This document shows positions 28,797-39,532 of a DNA stretch of 64,000 nucleotides, one piece after another. The position numbers and the translations under genes were made by a program. Under the pieces are notes generated by a model. That model ran no database searches and was not told where the DNA came from. It was given only the letters and a program-made list of their open reading frames with translations. Location of the stretch: positions 46,793 through 110,792 of the forward strand of contig CASQXY010000001.1 in assembly GCA_949432885.1 (NCBI GenBank), written 5' to 3'. Source of the DNA: an uncultured bacterium (GTDB lineage: Bacteria > Bacillota > Clostridia > Christensenellales > CAG-917). Numbering within the stretch: the stretch's first letter is position 1; each line of letters opens with the position of its first letter.

Positions 28797-29040
28797 AATG
28801 CACACCTCCGATATTACCTTTGACATAGACGTCGCCACCGCCGATTTCCACAATCTGCAATCCCTCGCCGACAATTTCCACCGCGCCGCTGTTGAGTCGG
28901 AATCTCAGCAGCTCTCCGCTCGACAGCATGACGTTTTTTACGCCGCTTATCATCATTTTGGTGCGCGAAAGCATGCTGAGCGTAAACGGCATAATTTCGT
29001 TTTTGATATTAAGTTTTTTCTTTACTTCATCTTTAAACAC
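28789..29040 (-). CDS. yqfC: YqfC/YabP-family sporulation protein
   Basis: I.GE.L.I.....D..V.GNI..V pattern; upstream of yqfD. Confidence 0.82.
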   Translation of the reverse strand: MFKDEVKKKLNIKNEIMPFTLSMLSRTKMMISGVKNVMLSSGELLRFRLNSGAVEIVGEGLQIVEIGGGDVYVKGNIGGVHFE

Positions 29041-29075
29041 GCTAAATTTTATGTGTGAATTGCAAAAAATAAAAC
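29041..29075 (-). promoter_or_regulatory. SigE-like -10 abutting the yqfC start (putative leaderless)
   Basis: CATAAAAT-5 nt-GTG, no SD; the -35 match is weak. Confidence 0.5.
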
Positions 29076-29151
29076 CTATGAGCGCGCATCTTGGATTTTT
29101 TGGTAATTATTGTTCGATAGAAAGTGAGTTCGATAAAATTATTCGGGAAAT

Positions 29152-29177
29152 AAAAACTGCCGCAGTTGCGGCAGTCT
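29152..29177 (-). terminator. Intrinsic terminator after dnaB
   Basis: ACTGCCGCA-ac-TGCGGCAGT followed by TTTT on the minus strand. Confidence 0.8.
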
Positions 29178-29220
29178 AGAATTATGTCGGCATTTATTGA
29201 GATTTACGTCATAAACTCGA

Positions 29221-30810
29221 CTAAAAAGGCAAATCCTCTCCGTCAGTCGAGCCGTCGTCGAAAACGTATTCGCCGTCCTGCTCCTCGGCGTTATCCGCGG
29301 CGACTAGATGGTCGCCGAACGGCAATGCCCCCTCTCCGAAAGGCATTTCGCCCTTGACCTCCGTCATAACAGTCTTTTCCTCAACTTCCTTCCGCAGTTT
29401 TTCTATGACGTTTTCCTTTTGCGGCTTATCGTTCTCCTTTTGCGGCGAGTCGATTTCACCTATTTCCTTAAACGTCGTCGTCTCGCCCGTCCATTCCAGC
29501 ATAATACCGCCGATAGGACCGTTTCTGTTTTTCTTCACATCCAAAATGACTTGGTTTTCAGGAAGCGCCGCATTGTAACGCGACGGATTGTAAAGGAATG
29601 CTACTATATCCGCGTCCTGCTCTATCGAGCCCGATTCTCTGAGGTCCGACAGCAACGGCGTATGGTCGTTTCTCTGTTCAATTCCGCGCGACATCTGGGA
29701 AAGCAGGATAATCGGACAGTCGAGCTCCTTTGCGTAAATCTTCATCTTACGCGACATTTCGCTGACTTCGACCTGACGGCTTTCGGGAGCGCGGCCGTTT
29801 GCTCCGACCGTCGTCATAAGCTGTAAGTAGTCGATTATAATAAGGTCGAGCCCCTTTTCGCGTTTCAACCTACGGCATTTTGACAGCACGTCGGAAGGAC
29901 CGTTCATCGAATAGTCGTCGATATAGATATTCTTCTTTATGAGCATATTGTACGCGAGCCCGAGCTTGTCGGAATCGTTGCCGTGGCTCAGACCGCCCTG
30001 CATATCCATTTTTGAAAGCGACACTCCGGATACGTAGGAAAGCATACGCTTTGCAAGCAGCTCCGCCGGCATTTCGAGGGAAAATATCGCAACGGTTTTG
30101 GCGGATTCGTTGTTCATTGCGACGTTTGCCGCGATATTGAGCACCAAGGCGGTTTTTCCCACGGAGGGGCGCGCCGCAATAAGCACAAGTTCGCCCGGCT
30201 TCAATCCGCGAGTCTTTCTGTCGAAACGCTCGAAGCCAGTCCTTACGACCTTGTCGGAAACGATGCCCTTCTGCGACTTGTTTATCTCGTTGATAGCGGC
30301 GGCAAATGCCGTATCCGCCTTGACAAGCGCCTTTTCGCTGTTCTCCTCCGAAAGTTTGTATACGAGTTTCTCGGCGTTTGCGAGCGCGGCTTTTCCGTCC
30401 GTGCTCTCGTATCCGCCTTTGGCTATTTCATTGCCCGCGTGGATAACGCTTCTTATAAGGCTGTCGCGTTTGACGATTTCGGCATAGTACTCGCCGTTCG
30501 CCGCAGACACCACGCCCTCCGCAAGCTCGCTCAGATATCCGATAGAGCCTACCTCGTCCAGCCTGCCCATAAGTTCCAGCTTATCCGCGACGGTGACGGT
30601 ATCTATGGGCAGACTCTGCGCCTGCAACTCCTTCATCGCGCCGAAAATAATGCGGTTGGGAGCAAGATAGAAGTCCTCCGCACCAAGCAGAGGTATCAGC
30701 GTATCCGCCGCATTATTGTCGATAAGGATTGCCCCGAGTACGGAAGCCTCCGCCTCAATGTTGTTGGGCATGCCCCTGCTCACTCGCTTTTCTTCTTTTT
30801 CTTTTGCCAT
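29221..30810 (-). CDS. dnaB: Replicative DNA helicase with an acidic C-terminal extension
   Basis: EAEASVLGA, AARPSVGKT, FSLEM, IDYLQLM, LSQ.SR, DLRESGSIEQDAD and KNRNG motifs. Start at MAKEK. Confidence 0.97.
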   Translation of the reverse strand: MAKEKEEKRVSRGMPNNIEAEASVLGAILIDNNAADTLIPLLGAEDFYLAPNRIIFGAMKELQAQSLPIDTVTVADKLELMGRLDEVGSIGYLSELAEGVVSAANGEYYAEIVKRDSLIRSVIHAGNEIAKGGYESTDGKAALANAEKLVYKLSEENSEKALVKADTAFAAAINEINKSQKGIVSDKVVRTGFERFDRKTRGLKPGELVLIAARPSVGKTALVLNIAANVAMNNESAKTVAIFSLEMPAELLAKRMLSYVSGVSLSKMDMQGGLSHGNDSDKLGLAYNMLIKKNIYIDDYSMNGPSDVLSKCRRLKREKGLDLIIIDYLQLMTTVGANGRAPESRQVEVSEMSRKMKIYAKELDCPIILLSQMSRGIEQRNDHTPLLSDLRESGSIEQDADIVAFLYNPSRYNAALPENQVILDVKKNRNGPIGGIMLEWTGETTTFKEIGEIDSPQKENDKPQKENVIEKLRKEVEEKTVMTEVKGEMPFGEGALPFGDHLVAADNAEEQDGEYVFDDGSTDGEDLPF

Positions 30811-31436
30811 ATCTTTCCCTTTATCGCAAGCGCGGCGGCAAGCAGTATGACCGCAAGGACTATGACGCCCGCAATCAGCGCCGAATACCAGCTTGCCGAG
30901 TTCTGAGTCGACAGATACAGTCTGCACGTCCGCGACTGAGTATTGTCGTCGAGCTCAAAGCTGTGACGATAGTATCTTCCGCTCTTTGCGACCGCGTCCG
31001 CGTCGCTCGTTATGGATTTATAGATTGTATCATATCTGAAAACAACTTTCAAGCCGTGATATAATTTTCCGTCCTGAATATGAACTTCGTCCTGCGTACG
31101 CTGCTCGATTTCACCGTACAAAGCCGCGGAATCCACAAAGATTTCTACGTCCTGCGCGTTGTACCACACGTTTTTAGCATACGAGACAGAGCGCCATCCT
31201 ATTTGGGTTTCAAGCTGATTTTCTTCCGAACCCGACAACGAAACAACAGCGCGGACAACGTCTGTATCGTCAGGATATTCATATGAAACGTACGCAAAAT
31301 AGCTGCGCTCCGACACCGATTCCGCTTGTCCCGATTTGTTGCATGCAGACAAAAGAAATGCGCAAAACAGGCACATTGCTGTGATAAAAATCGCATATAA
31401 AGTCCTTTTATTGAGATTTGCACATTTATCAGTCAT
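30780..31436 (-). CDS. Hypothetical lipoprotein with a C-terminal TM anchor
   Basis: Lipobox LSAC; hydrophobic C-terminal helix followed by a basic tail; SD GGTGA. Confidence 0.75.
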   Translation of the reverse strand: MTDKCANLNKRTLYAIFITAMCLFCAFLLSACNKSGQAESVSERSYFAYVSYEYPDDTDVVRAVVSLSGSEENQLETQIGWRSVSYAKNVWYNAQDVEIFVDSAALYGEIEQRTQDEVHIQDGKLYHGLKVVFRYDTIYKSITSDADAVAKSGRYYRHSFELDDNTQSRTCRLYLSTQNSASWYSALIAGVIVLAVILLAAALAIKGKIWQKKKKKSE

Positions 31437-31467
31437 TTATTCACCATGCTTTCTAAGCAATATCTTG

Positions 31468-33252
31468 TCACATTCCCAAGCTCTTTTCGAGCTCCTTGAG
31501 AGTTTGGGTAAATTCCGATATCGCAAGTTTGTAGGGCGCGTCGCTTTCCAAATCCACGTCGGCGAGACGTATTATATCGAGCGGAGCCAAACTCCCTCCT
31601 GCGGAAAGGAACTTCCTGTATTTTTCGCAGTAGTCTTCGCCTTCCGTCAATATGCGGTTGGCGATTGATACCGCCGTGGTGATACCCGTGGCATATTTGT
31701 ATACGTAATAGCTTGTGTAAAAATGCGGTATTCTCGCCCACTCGTAACGAATCAAATCATTGTGCTCCACCGCTCTGCCGTAATACTTTTTGTTGAGCTC
31801 ATAGTAAACCTCGCTCATATAGTCGGACGTAAGCGGCTCTCCGTTTTCCACTCTCGTGTGCGCGAGCACCTCGAATTCGCTGAACATCGCCTGTCTGAAA
31901 AAGGTAGTGCGGAACATGTCGAGATAGTACGCCAAAAGGAACTGTCTGAATTCACCCGTAGCTCTTTTGAGCAAATGTTTGAGCAAAAGCACTTCGTTTA
32001 CGGTTGAGGCGATTTCCGCAACGAAAATCTCGTAGCCCGCCTTTTGCACGGGTTGCGTTGCGTTGGAATAATAGCTGTGCATGGCGTGTCCCATTTCGTG
32101 CGCAATCGTAAACACCTCATGAACCGTAGGCTGATAATTGAGCAGGACAAAGGGATGCACTCCGTACACTCCCCAAGCGTATGCGCCGTTACGCTTGCCC
32201 TTGCTCTCGTACGCGTCCACCCAGCCGTTGTCGAAAGCGGCGTACAGCGTTTTGCAATACTCCTCTCCCATCACCGACAGCGCTTCCTTTACGAGCTTGA
32301 CTGCTTCGTCATATTCGAGCGAAAGCTCCTGTTCGGGCACGAGCGGCATGTACAAATCGTACATATTGAGAGTTTTCAGCCCGAGAACGCGTTTGCGAAG
32401 AGCAATGTATTCATGCAAGGGCTTTGTGCCCTCGCCCACCGCTTCGAGCAGTTTTTTATAGCAACTAGACGGCACGTTTTCCATATACATGGAGTAATCC
32501 AGCGCGCTCGAAAAGCCGCGCACCTTTGCGTAGAACCAATCCTTTTTTACGTTTCCCGCATAGTTTGCCGCAAGCGTATTGATATACTTTTTGTATGCGC
32601 CGAACATGCTCTCGAACGCGTCCCTGCGCACGCGTTGGTCGGGATTTTGCAAAAACAGCGCGTATGCTCCGTGGCTCACCTCCCTTTTCTCGCCGTGCTC
32701 GTCTGCGACGGGCTCAAAGTTTACGTCCGCATTGTCGAACATCACAAACACATCCTTATTCGTTCCCGAAAACAGCCCCACTTCTCCGAGCAATTTTTCT
32801 TCTTTCTTGCTCAGAATTATATTCTTGTTGCGGAGTATTTCATTGAAAAATACGTCGTAATCACAAAAGCGTTCGCTTTCGGCATAGGCTTTCAGAGTCT
32901 CCGTCGGAAGCTCGGATAGCTCTGGTTCTATATAAGACGCGAGCGTGGAATATCTCACTTCCAAAATATCCACTCTATCCGTCATCGCCTTATACTTACC
33001 GTCCGCCGTATCCTCGTCTAGATGCATTCTTGAATACTGATATAGGCGCGTTATCGCGTCCACAAGCGAGGTGGATAGCGTAAGGCATTCGTACAGCTTG
33101 TCGCCGTCCGAGAGTTTATCCGCATATTCGGCGATTTTCGGAACGCGTTCCTCAGTATTGAAGAAACACTCCTCCCATGCTTCGTCGCTTGCGAATATGT
33201 CGCTTAGCTTCCACTGATACTTTTTGTCAACTTTACTGCGGTCGTATTGCAT
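31468..33252 (-). CDS. pepF: Oligoendopeptidase F
   Basis: GKRNGAY, HP..LLN, HEMGHAMH, AEIAST and RIPHFY motifs. Confidence 0.96.
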   Translation of the reverse strand: MQYDRSKVDKKYQWKLSDIFASDEAWEECFFNTEERVPKIAEYADKLSDGDKLYECLTLSTSLVDAITRLYQYSRMHLDEDTADGKYKAMTDRVDILEVRYSTLASYIEPELSELPTETLKAYAESERFCDYDVFFNEILRNKNIILSKKEEKLLGEVGLFSGTNKDVFVMFDNADVNFEPVADEHGEKREVSHGAYALFLQNPDQRVRRDAFESMFGAYKKYINTLAANYAGNVKKDWFYAKVRGFSSALDYSMYMENVPSSCYKKLLEAVGEGTKPLHEYIALRKRVLGLKTLNMYDLYMPLVPEQELSLEYDEAVKLVKEALSVMGEEYCKTLYAAFDNGWVDAYESKGKRNGAYAWGVYGVHPFVLLNYQPTVHEVFTIAHEMGHAMHSYYSNATQPVQKAGYEIFVAEIASTVNEVLLLKHLLKRATGEFRQFLLAYYLDMFRTTFFRQAMFSEFEVLAHTRVENGEPLTSDYMSEVYYELNKKYYGRAVEHNDLIRYEWARIPHFYTSYYVYKYATGITTAVSIANRILTEGEDYCEKYRKFLSAGGSLAPLDIIRLADVDLESDAPYKLAISEFTQTLKELEKSLGM

Positions 33253-33320
33253 ATATACCTCTCTGATTATTGTCTAAAATTTCCGATTACGTTCTATCCT
33301 ACCCTGAATACGGATTGGAT

Positions 33321-34808
33321 TTATTCGTTAAACAGCGTGCCGTCCACAAACTCCGCGTCGCAGGTGAGCCTGATGCCCAGCTTACGCAAGGGGTTTTCGT
33401 CCGCTTTGTTCATTATATAGGACGAATGCGCTTCGCAGTTTTGCAACACGGACAACTGCTCTATCGCGCTTGCCGCGTTTGCGTCCGTAGCCGCGCATAT
33501 GGAAAGCGCAAGCAGCGCTTCTTCCAGCGTAAGCGTGTTGTGCTTTTCTTTGAGAATCTTGGTTTTGAGGTCGAGAATCGGACCTATGACGTACGGCGAT
33601 ATGAGCTTCTGCCTGTCGTTCATACCCGCGAGCATTTTCACGGAATTGAATATACATGCCGCCGCCGCGCTCATCCTTTCGCTGTTCTTGCCCGTCACGA
33701 TTCTCCCGTCGGGAAGTTCGAGCGCAATCGCGCCCTTTTCGCCGTTTGCTGCGTTTTTGACGCGCGCCGCCTCGACCACGTTCCTGTCCGAAAGATTTAT
33801 GCCCAGCTTGGACATCAAAAATTCCAGACGGCTTACCGTATCTGGGTTGCCTGAGCCCTGCTTCAAATCGCAGAGCGCCTTGCAGTATCTGCGTATGATT
33901 TCCTGCTTGGACGCCTCGCGGCACGCCTCGTCGTCAACGATGCAATATCCTGCCATATTCACGCCCATATCCGTCGGCGACTTATAAATACATTCCTTGC
34001 CCGTAATCTTTTCGAGTATGCTGTGCACGACGGGGAAAACTTCTATATCGCGGTTGTAGTTTACTGTTATCTCTCCGTACGCGTCCAAATGGAAGTTGTC
34101 AACCTTGTTTACGTCCTGCAAATCCGCAGTAGCCGCCTCGTACGCTACGTTTACGGGGTGATTGAGAGGCAGATTCCAAATCGGGAAGGTTTCAAATTTC
34201 GCATATCCCGCCTGCACGCCGCGTTTATTTTCGTGATACAGCTGCGAAAGACACGTCGCAAGCTTGCCGCTTCCCGGTCCCGGCGCGGTCATCACAACGA
34301 GAGGACGCGTCGTAGAAATATAAGGATTCGCGCCGTAGCCCTCGTCGGAAACGATAGTGTCAATCTCGTGCGGATATCCTTTCGTCGGGCGGTGGATATA
34401 CACCTTTATGCCGCGGTTTTCAAGTTTGCGCCGATACGCCACCGCGCCCTGCTGGTCGGTGAACATCGTAATCACTACGCAGTTGATATAGATACCCATA
34501 GCAGAGATATTGTCTATCATACGCTCGACCTCGCTACCGTAGGTGATGCCGTAGTCGGCGCGTATCTTGTTGCGCTCGATGGCGTTTGCGTTCACGCATA
34601 TTACAAGCTCGGCTTTATCCCTCAGCTTATGAAGCAGTTTTATCTTCGCCGCCTTATCGAATCCCGGAAGCACGCGCGCCGCATGCAGGTCGTCGAACAG
34701 CTTGCCGCCGAATTCCAGATACAGCTTGTCGAAGCTGCTTATGCGTTTGAGAATATGCTCCGACTGCTTGGTCATATACATTTCGCTGTCAAAACCTTTC
34801 TTATACAT
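33321..34808 (-). CDS. DUF1846 (UPF0371) protein
   Basis: LYLEFGGKLFDD.HAARVLPGF, TAPGPGSGKLATC, AKFETFP.W and SPTDMGVN motifs. Confidence 0.9.
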   Translation of the reverse strand: MYKKGFDSEMYMTKQSEHILKRISSFDKLYLEFGGKLFDDLHAARVLPGFDKAAKIKLLHKLRDKAELVICVNANAIERNKIRADYGITYGSEVERMIDNISAMGIYINCVVITMFTDQQGAVAYRRKLENRGIKVYIHRPTKGYPHEIDTIVSDEGYGANPYISTTRPLVVMTAPGPGSGKLATCLSQLYHENKRGVQAGYAKFETFPIWNLPLNHPVNVAYEAATADLQDVNKVDNFHLDAYGEITVNYNRDIEVFPVVHSILEKITGKECIYKSPTDMGVNMAGYCIVDDEACREASKQEIIRRYCKALCDLKQGSGNPDTVSRLEFLMSKLGINLSDRNVVEAARVKNAANGEKGAIALELPDGRIVTGKNSERMSAAAACIFNSVKMLAGMNDRQKLISPYVIGPILDLKTKILKEKHNTLTLEEALLALSICAATDANAASAIEQLSVLQNCEAHSSYIMNKADENPLRKLGIRLTCDAEFVDGTLFNE

Positions 34809-34870
34809 ACTTTTCCTCTGTTCCTTTATTTATATCGATAAATTTTTTTGAATTGCGTATTAAAGCGCGT

Positions 34871-37309
34871 TCAGTCCGCCTTGTTTATAGGAGCGACCGC
34901 GGCTATTTTCGTATTTTTGAACATCTGCTTGCCCTTGGTGGGTCTGCCGTCTATCCTGATATCCTCGGTGTTGATTATATGCGTGGAGCCGCCCTCGTTC
35001 ACGGCAAGCTCGTACGGCATTTTGACTATGCCGATATATTTCACCTTGGATTTGTCAAGCTCCACAAGCTTCACGCCCTTGTTCGCCCTAGACGTCGCGT
35101 CGATAATGGCAAGAATAACGCGCTTCAAATATCCGCTGTCGGTGACGACGATAACCTCGCCCTCATCGTCGCTCTGTCCGCCGAACACGACGCTGTCTCC
35201 GTCGTTGAGCTTTACGCCCTTGACGCCGGCCGAATCTCTCTTCTGCAACGGAATCTCGCTCGTATCGTATCTGAGCACAAGTCCGCCCTCGGTGACTTCC
35301 ATTACGCTCTTATCCTCTTCGACGGTTTCCGCGCTCACCACCTTATCCCCGTCCGCGAGATTAATGGCTTTGAAGTATGTCTTATTTGCGGCGGTGAACT
35401 CCGACAAATCCACGCGCTTAACCATGCCTTTCTTTGTAAATATAAGCAACTCGCCCGCGGCAACGCTTTCAAAGAACAGGAGTTTCACCACCTTTTCGTT
35501 TGGCTGAGCCTCATGATGTACGGCAAGCAGCTTGAACGCCTTTTCTCTGAAACGCTTTTCGGGCATTCCCGTAACGTCCAGTCTGACCGCGTTTCCGATG
35601 TCGGTAACCGCCAACAGCGTGCCCTTGTTGTTTACGGGCAGATACTGAACGGGGAGCATTTCGTCGCTGAATCCCGAAAAATCCTTCTGCGCTGTGACAA
35701 AGCTCTTTTGAGACATAAAGCGCATAAGTCCGTCCTTGTTGAGCGCGAGTATTCCGTCGCGGTACTGAACCGCGTCCTCTTCCTGCGGAGCGGAATAATC
35801 CTCCTCTACGCTTCCGTCAAGCACAACCGTCATGCGAGGAGAGAACTGCTCCTTTTTTATTTGGAGAAGCTCGGACTTGATTATGGAATGCTGTTTTTCT
35901 CTCGAAGCGAGAATGCTTTCGTATTCCGCGATACGCTTTTTAAGTCCCGCGAGCTCCTCTTCGAGCTTGCCGACTTCCAATCTCGCCAAATTTTTGAGGC
36001 GCATATCCAGTATGGCCTGCGCCTGAACGTCGCTCAAATCGAATCTCGCGCGCAGAGTCTCCTTTGCCTTGGGGGTCGTCTCGGACTCCTTGATTATCTT
36101 TATAACCTCGTCTATATTGACTATTGCGACAAGCAGGCCTTCGACGATTTCCGCCCTAGCTTTCGCCGCCTTCAAATCATAGTTGGTACGCCTTACGACA
36201 ATCTGCCTCTGATACTCGACGTAGTAATTGAGATAGGCTTTAAGTCCAAGCTGTTCGGGCTTGCCGTTTGCGATTGCCACCATATTTATGGAATAGCCGA
36301 TTTCCAGCCCCGCTTTTTTGTATAGCAGTTCCAAAATGCGCTTAATATCCGCGTCCCTCTTGCATTTTACTACGGCGCGGTTGCCGTGCTTATCGCTTTC
36401 GTCGACGACGTCCGACACTCCCGCAAGAACGGGATATTTCCCCGACTCTTTCAACCTCGCAATGCTAGACAGCAATTCGGATTTGGATTTTTGATACGGT
36501 ATTTCCGTGATAACGATATTCTTTTTGCCGTTGTCGTCGCTTTCCAAATGCAGACGGGAGCGAATCAGAATTTTTCCCTTACCCTCCTCGTATATCTTTT
36601 CCAAACTGTCGACGGGAATGATAAATCCACCCGTCGGAAAGTCGGGTCCGTGGAAAACTTTAAGCAATTCCTTTGTGGAAATGTACGGATTGTCTATCCT
36701 CGCAATCACCGCGTCTATACACTCGCCCATATTGTGAGTGGGAATATTGGTGGCAAGGCCGACTGCTATTCCGTTCGCGCCGTTTACAAGCAGGTTGGGA
36801 AAACGTCCCGGCAAAGTGTTGGGTTCTTCGAGACTGTCGTCGAAGTTGGGAGACCATTTGACGGTATCCTTATCGAGGTCGCGCAAAAGTTCCAGCGCGA
36901 GCGCGCTCATTCTCGCCTCGGTGTAACGCATCGCCGCCGCCGAGTCGCCGTCCACAGAGCCGAAATTGCCGTGACCGTCCACAAGCGGCATGCGCATAGC
37001 GAACGGCTGAGCGAGCCTTACAAGCGCGCCGTAAACAGAGCTGTCGCCGTGGGGATGATATTTACCCAAACAGTCGCCCACTATTCTCGCGCACTTTTTG
37101 TGCGGCTTGTCGGGGGTAAGACCCATTTCGTGCATGGAATAAAGCACTCGTCTCTGCACGGGCTTCAAGCCGTCCTCGACTCTCGGAATAGCTCTGTCGA
37201 GAATGACGTTTTCAGAATACGGAATCATGGAGCTGTGCATGACCTCCTCGAAAACTGAGGTCAGCACGTTATGATTGTATTCGATTTCATTCTGTTGTTT
37301 TCTTGCCAT
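34871..37309 (-). CDS. parC: Type IIA topoisomerase A subunit, topoisomerase IV-like
   Basis: [15 protein letters not shown] and AAMRYTE motifs; beta-pinwheel CTD without a canonical GyrA box (QRRGGKG). Confidence 0.85.
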   Translation of the reverse strand: MARKQQNEIEYNHNVLTSVFEEVMHSSMIPYSENVILDRAIPRVEDGLKPVQRRVLYSMHEMGLTPDKPHKKCARIVGDCLGKYHPHGDSSVYGALVRLAQPFAMRMPLVDGHGNFGSVDGDSAAAMRYTEARMSALALELLRDLDKDTVKWSPNFDDSLEEPNTLPGRFPNLLVNGANGIAVGLATNIPTHNMGECIDAVIARIDNPYISTKELLKVFHGPDFPTGGFIIPVDSLEKIYEEGKGKILIRSRLHLESDDNGKKNIVITEIPYQKSKSELLSSIARLKESGKYPVLAGVSDVVDESDKHGNRAVVKCKRDADIKRILELLYKKAGLEIGYSINMVAIANGKPEQLGLKAYLNYYVEYQRQIVVRRTNYDLKAAKARAEIVEGLLVAIVNIDEVIKIIKESETTPKAKETLRARFDLSDVQAQAILDMRLKNLARLEVGKLEEELAGLKKRIAEYESILASREKQHSIIKSELLQIKKEQFSPRMTVVLDGSVEEDYSAPQEEDAVQYRDGILALNKDGLMRFMSQKSFVTAQKDFSGFSDEMLPVQYLPVNNKGTLLAVTDIGNAVRLDVTGMPEKRFREKAFKLLAVHHEAQPNEKVVKLLFFESVAAGELLIFTKKGMVKRVDLSEFTAANKTYFKAINLADGDKVVSAETVEEDKSVMEVTEGGLVLRYDTSEIPLQKRDSAGVKGVKLNDGDSVVFGGQSDDEGEVIVVTDSGYLKRVILAIIDATSRANKGVKLVELDKSKVKYIGIVKMPYELAVNEGGSTHIINTEDIRIDGRPTKGKQMFKNTKIAAVAPINKAD

Positions 37310-37362
37310 AAATCGCACCTATCGCAATACATTTTAAGCTCGTATCTGCGCAAATCAAGGTT

Positions 37363-39330
37363 TTACTGTTGATTTTGTATTTTGAAATTGTCCGTTTTGT
37401 TGAAATCCGCGTATTGATAAATATACTCCTTACGCACGTTGCTGTCGTCGCCCATGAGTATCGCGGTACGTTTTTCCGCCATAGCCGCGTCCTCTATCGT
37501 GACCCTTGTGAGCGTCCTCTTCGCGGGGTCCATAGTCGTGTCCCACAGCTGTTCGGGATTCATCTCTCCGAGACCCTTGAAGCGTTGAAGAAGCGTGTTC
37601 TTTCCCAGCTTCTTCTGCCCCTCGACAAGCGCTTCGTCGTCGTAGCAATACAAAATTTCATCCTTTTTCTGCAAACGGTAAAGGGGGGGCATTCCGATAT
37701 ACACGTGCCCTTCCAAAATGAGCGGACGCATATAGCGGAAGAAAAAAGTGAGCAGCAACGCCCTTATGTGCGCGCCGTCTTGGTCCGCGTCGGCGAGGAT
37801 AATGACCTTGTCGTATTTGAGCGCGCTTATATCGAATGACGGCGTTATGCCCGTGCCCAGCGCGCTTATGAGAGTCGCCAGCTCCTCGTTTGCGAGTATC
37901 TTTTCCAAAGTGGCTTTTTCCACGTTGAGGGGCTTGCCTTTGAGGGGAAGTATGGCTTGAAAAAACCTATCTCTCGCCTGCTTCGCGCTGCCGCCGGCCG
38001 AATCGCCTTCGACAATAAACAACTCGTTTTTGCCGTAGTTCTTACCCGAACAGCTCGCCAGCTTGCCTACAAGGTTGAGTCCGTTGAGCTTGTTCTGCTG
38101 TCTGCTCAAATCTTTGGCGCGCTTTGCCGCCTCGCGCGTACGCGCCGCAGACATCGCTTTTGAAATAATCTTTTCCGCAGTGGATTTGTAACCCTTTTGC
38201 AAAAGCAGCTCCGCGAGCTTATCTCCCACGAGATTCTCCACCTTTTGGCGCACCTCGGTGTTGCCCAGCTTGCTCTTGGTCTGCCCTTCAAACTGTACGT
38301 TCTGCATACGCACGAGCACGACCGCCGTCATGCCCTCTCTGAAATCCTCGCCCTGCAAATTCGACTGTTTTTCTTTGAGCGTATTCGTCCTGCGCGCATA
38401 GTCGTTGAAAACCTTTGTAAGAGCGCTCTTAAATCCAGCCTCGTGCGTGCCGCCCTCCGAGGTCGGAATGCTGTTGACGTAGGAATATATATTCTCCGAA
38501 TAGCCGCCCTCCACGTGCTGTATGGCAACCTGCACCTCGAAATGCTCTTCCTTTGCCTCCACGTAAAGAGGCTTGTCGTAAAGCACGCTTCTGCCCTCGT
38601 TGAGATACTGCACGTAATCGGCGATACCTCCCTTATAGCAGAAAACGTCGTGCTTGTCCGTGCCGCCGAACAGCGGAGTGCGCATATCGTCGATAATCAC
38701 TGTTATGCCCTTGTTCATATACGCCTTCTCGCGTATACGCGTGGCAATCGTCATATAATTGAAGCGCTCTTTGCCGAACACCCTTTCGTCGGGCTTGAAC
38801 GTGACCGTAGTGCCCGTACCTTTCGCCTTGCCAACAACTGTGAGCGGCGTTTTGGTTATGCCGCTCTTTATGCGGCTGCCTATCTGCGGAGAGTGGAACT
38901 CCACCCTATAAAGGTTTCCGTCGCGTCTGACCTCTACGTTCAGCCATTCGGAGAGTGCGTTTGTTACGGACGCGCCAACGCCGTGAAGACCGCCCGAATA
39001 TGCGTATTGTCCGTTGTCGAACTTAGCGCCTGCGTGCAGTTGCGTAAACACGACTTCCACGCCGCTTATTTTCAGTTTGGGGTGCTTATCTACGGGAACT
39101 CCTCTTCCGTTGTCGCTTACCTTTGCCACGTTGTCATCGTGAAGCTCTATGCGCACCGTATCGCCGAAGCCGTTGGATACCTCGTCGATGCTGTTGTCGA
39201 TAATCTCCCAAAGGATATGATGCATACCCTTTTCGCCCGTCGTGCCGATATACATACCGGGACGTTTTCTTACCGCTTCCAGTCCTTCGAGGACGTTTAT
39301 ATCTCGCGCATTGTAATCTCTGTTTGCCAT
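37363..39330 (-). CDS. parE: Type IIA topoisomerase B subunit, topoisomerase IV-like
   Basis: GLEAVRKRPGMYIG, EGDSAGG, PLKGK, DADQDG and RFKGLGEM motifs; paired with an A subunit lacking a GyrA box. Confidence 0.85.
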   Translation of the reverse strand: MANRDYNARDINVLEGLEAVRKRPGMYIGTTGEKGMHHILWEIIDNSIDEVSNGFGDTVRIELHDDNVAKVSDNGRGVPVDKHPKLKISGVEVVFTQLHAGAKFDNGQYAYSGGLHGVGASVTNALSEWLNVEVRRDGNLYRVEFHSPQIGSRIKSGITKTPLTVVGKAKGTGTTVTFKPDERVFGKERFNYMTIATRIREKAYMNKGITVIIDDMRTPLFGGTDKHDVFCYKGGIADYVQYLNEGRSVLYDKPLYVEAKEEHFEVQVAIQHVEGGYSENIYSYVNSIPTSEGGTHEAGFKSALTKVFNDYARRTNTLKEKQSNLQGEDFREGMTAVVLVRMQNVQFEGQTKSKLGNTEVRQKVENLVGDKLAELLLQKGYKSTAEKIISKAMSAARTREAAKRAKDLSRQQNKLNGLNLVGKLASCSGKNYGKNELFIVEGDSAGGSAKQARDRFFQAILPLKGKPLNVEKATLEKILANEELATLISALGTGITPSFDISALKYDKVIILADADQDGAHIRALLLTFFFRYMRPLILEGHVYIGMPPLYRLQKKDEILYCYDDEALVEGQKKLGKNTLLQRFKGLGEMNPEQLWDTTMDPAKRTLTRVTIEDAAMAEKRTAILMGDDSNVRKEYIYQYADFNKTDNFKIQNQQ

Positions 39331-39485
39331 TCCTTTTCCTAAACGCATTTATGCATAATTATAATAATATAGTAATTATAGCAAATATATAAAATTTTTA
39401 CAATCGAAATTGAACGCCGAAATGCAAAAAAACGATTGTAATTTCTTTATCTGTTCCCTGTCGAACGAAAAAGTATGAAAGAAAT

Positions 39486-39514
39486 AAAAAAGCCCGTCAA
39501 AATGACGGGCTTAT
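39486..39514 (-). terminator. Intrinsic terminator after the alpha/beta hydrolase
   Basis: AAGCCCGTCA-ttt-TGACGGGCTT followed by a T run. Confidence 0.85.
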
Positions 39515-39532
39515 TAAAGCGATTGACACCGC

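Noticed and set aside
34871-39330. Calling the topoisomerase pair DNA gyrase (gyrB/gyrA)
   Set aside because: No GyrA box at the CTD start and no dnaA-dnaN-recF context; topoisomerase IV-like is the better fit.
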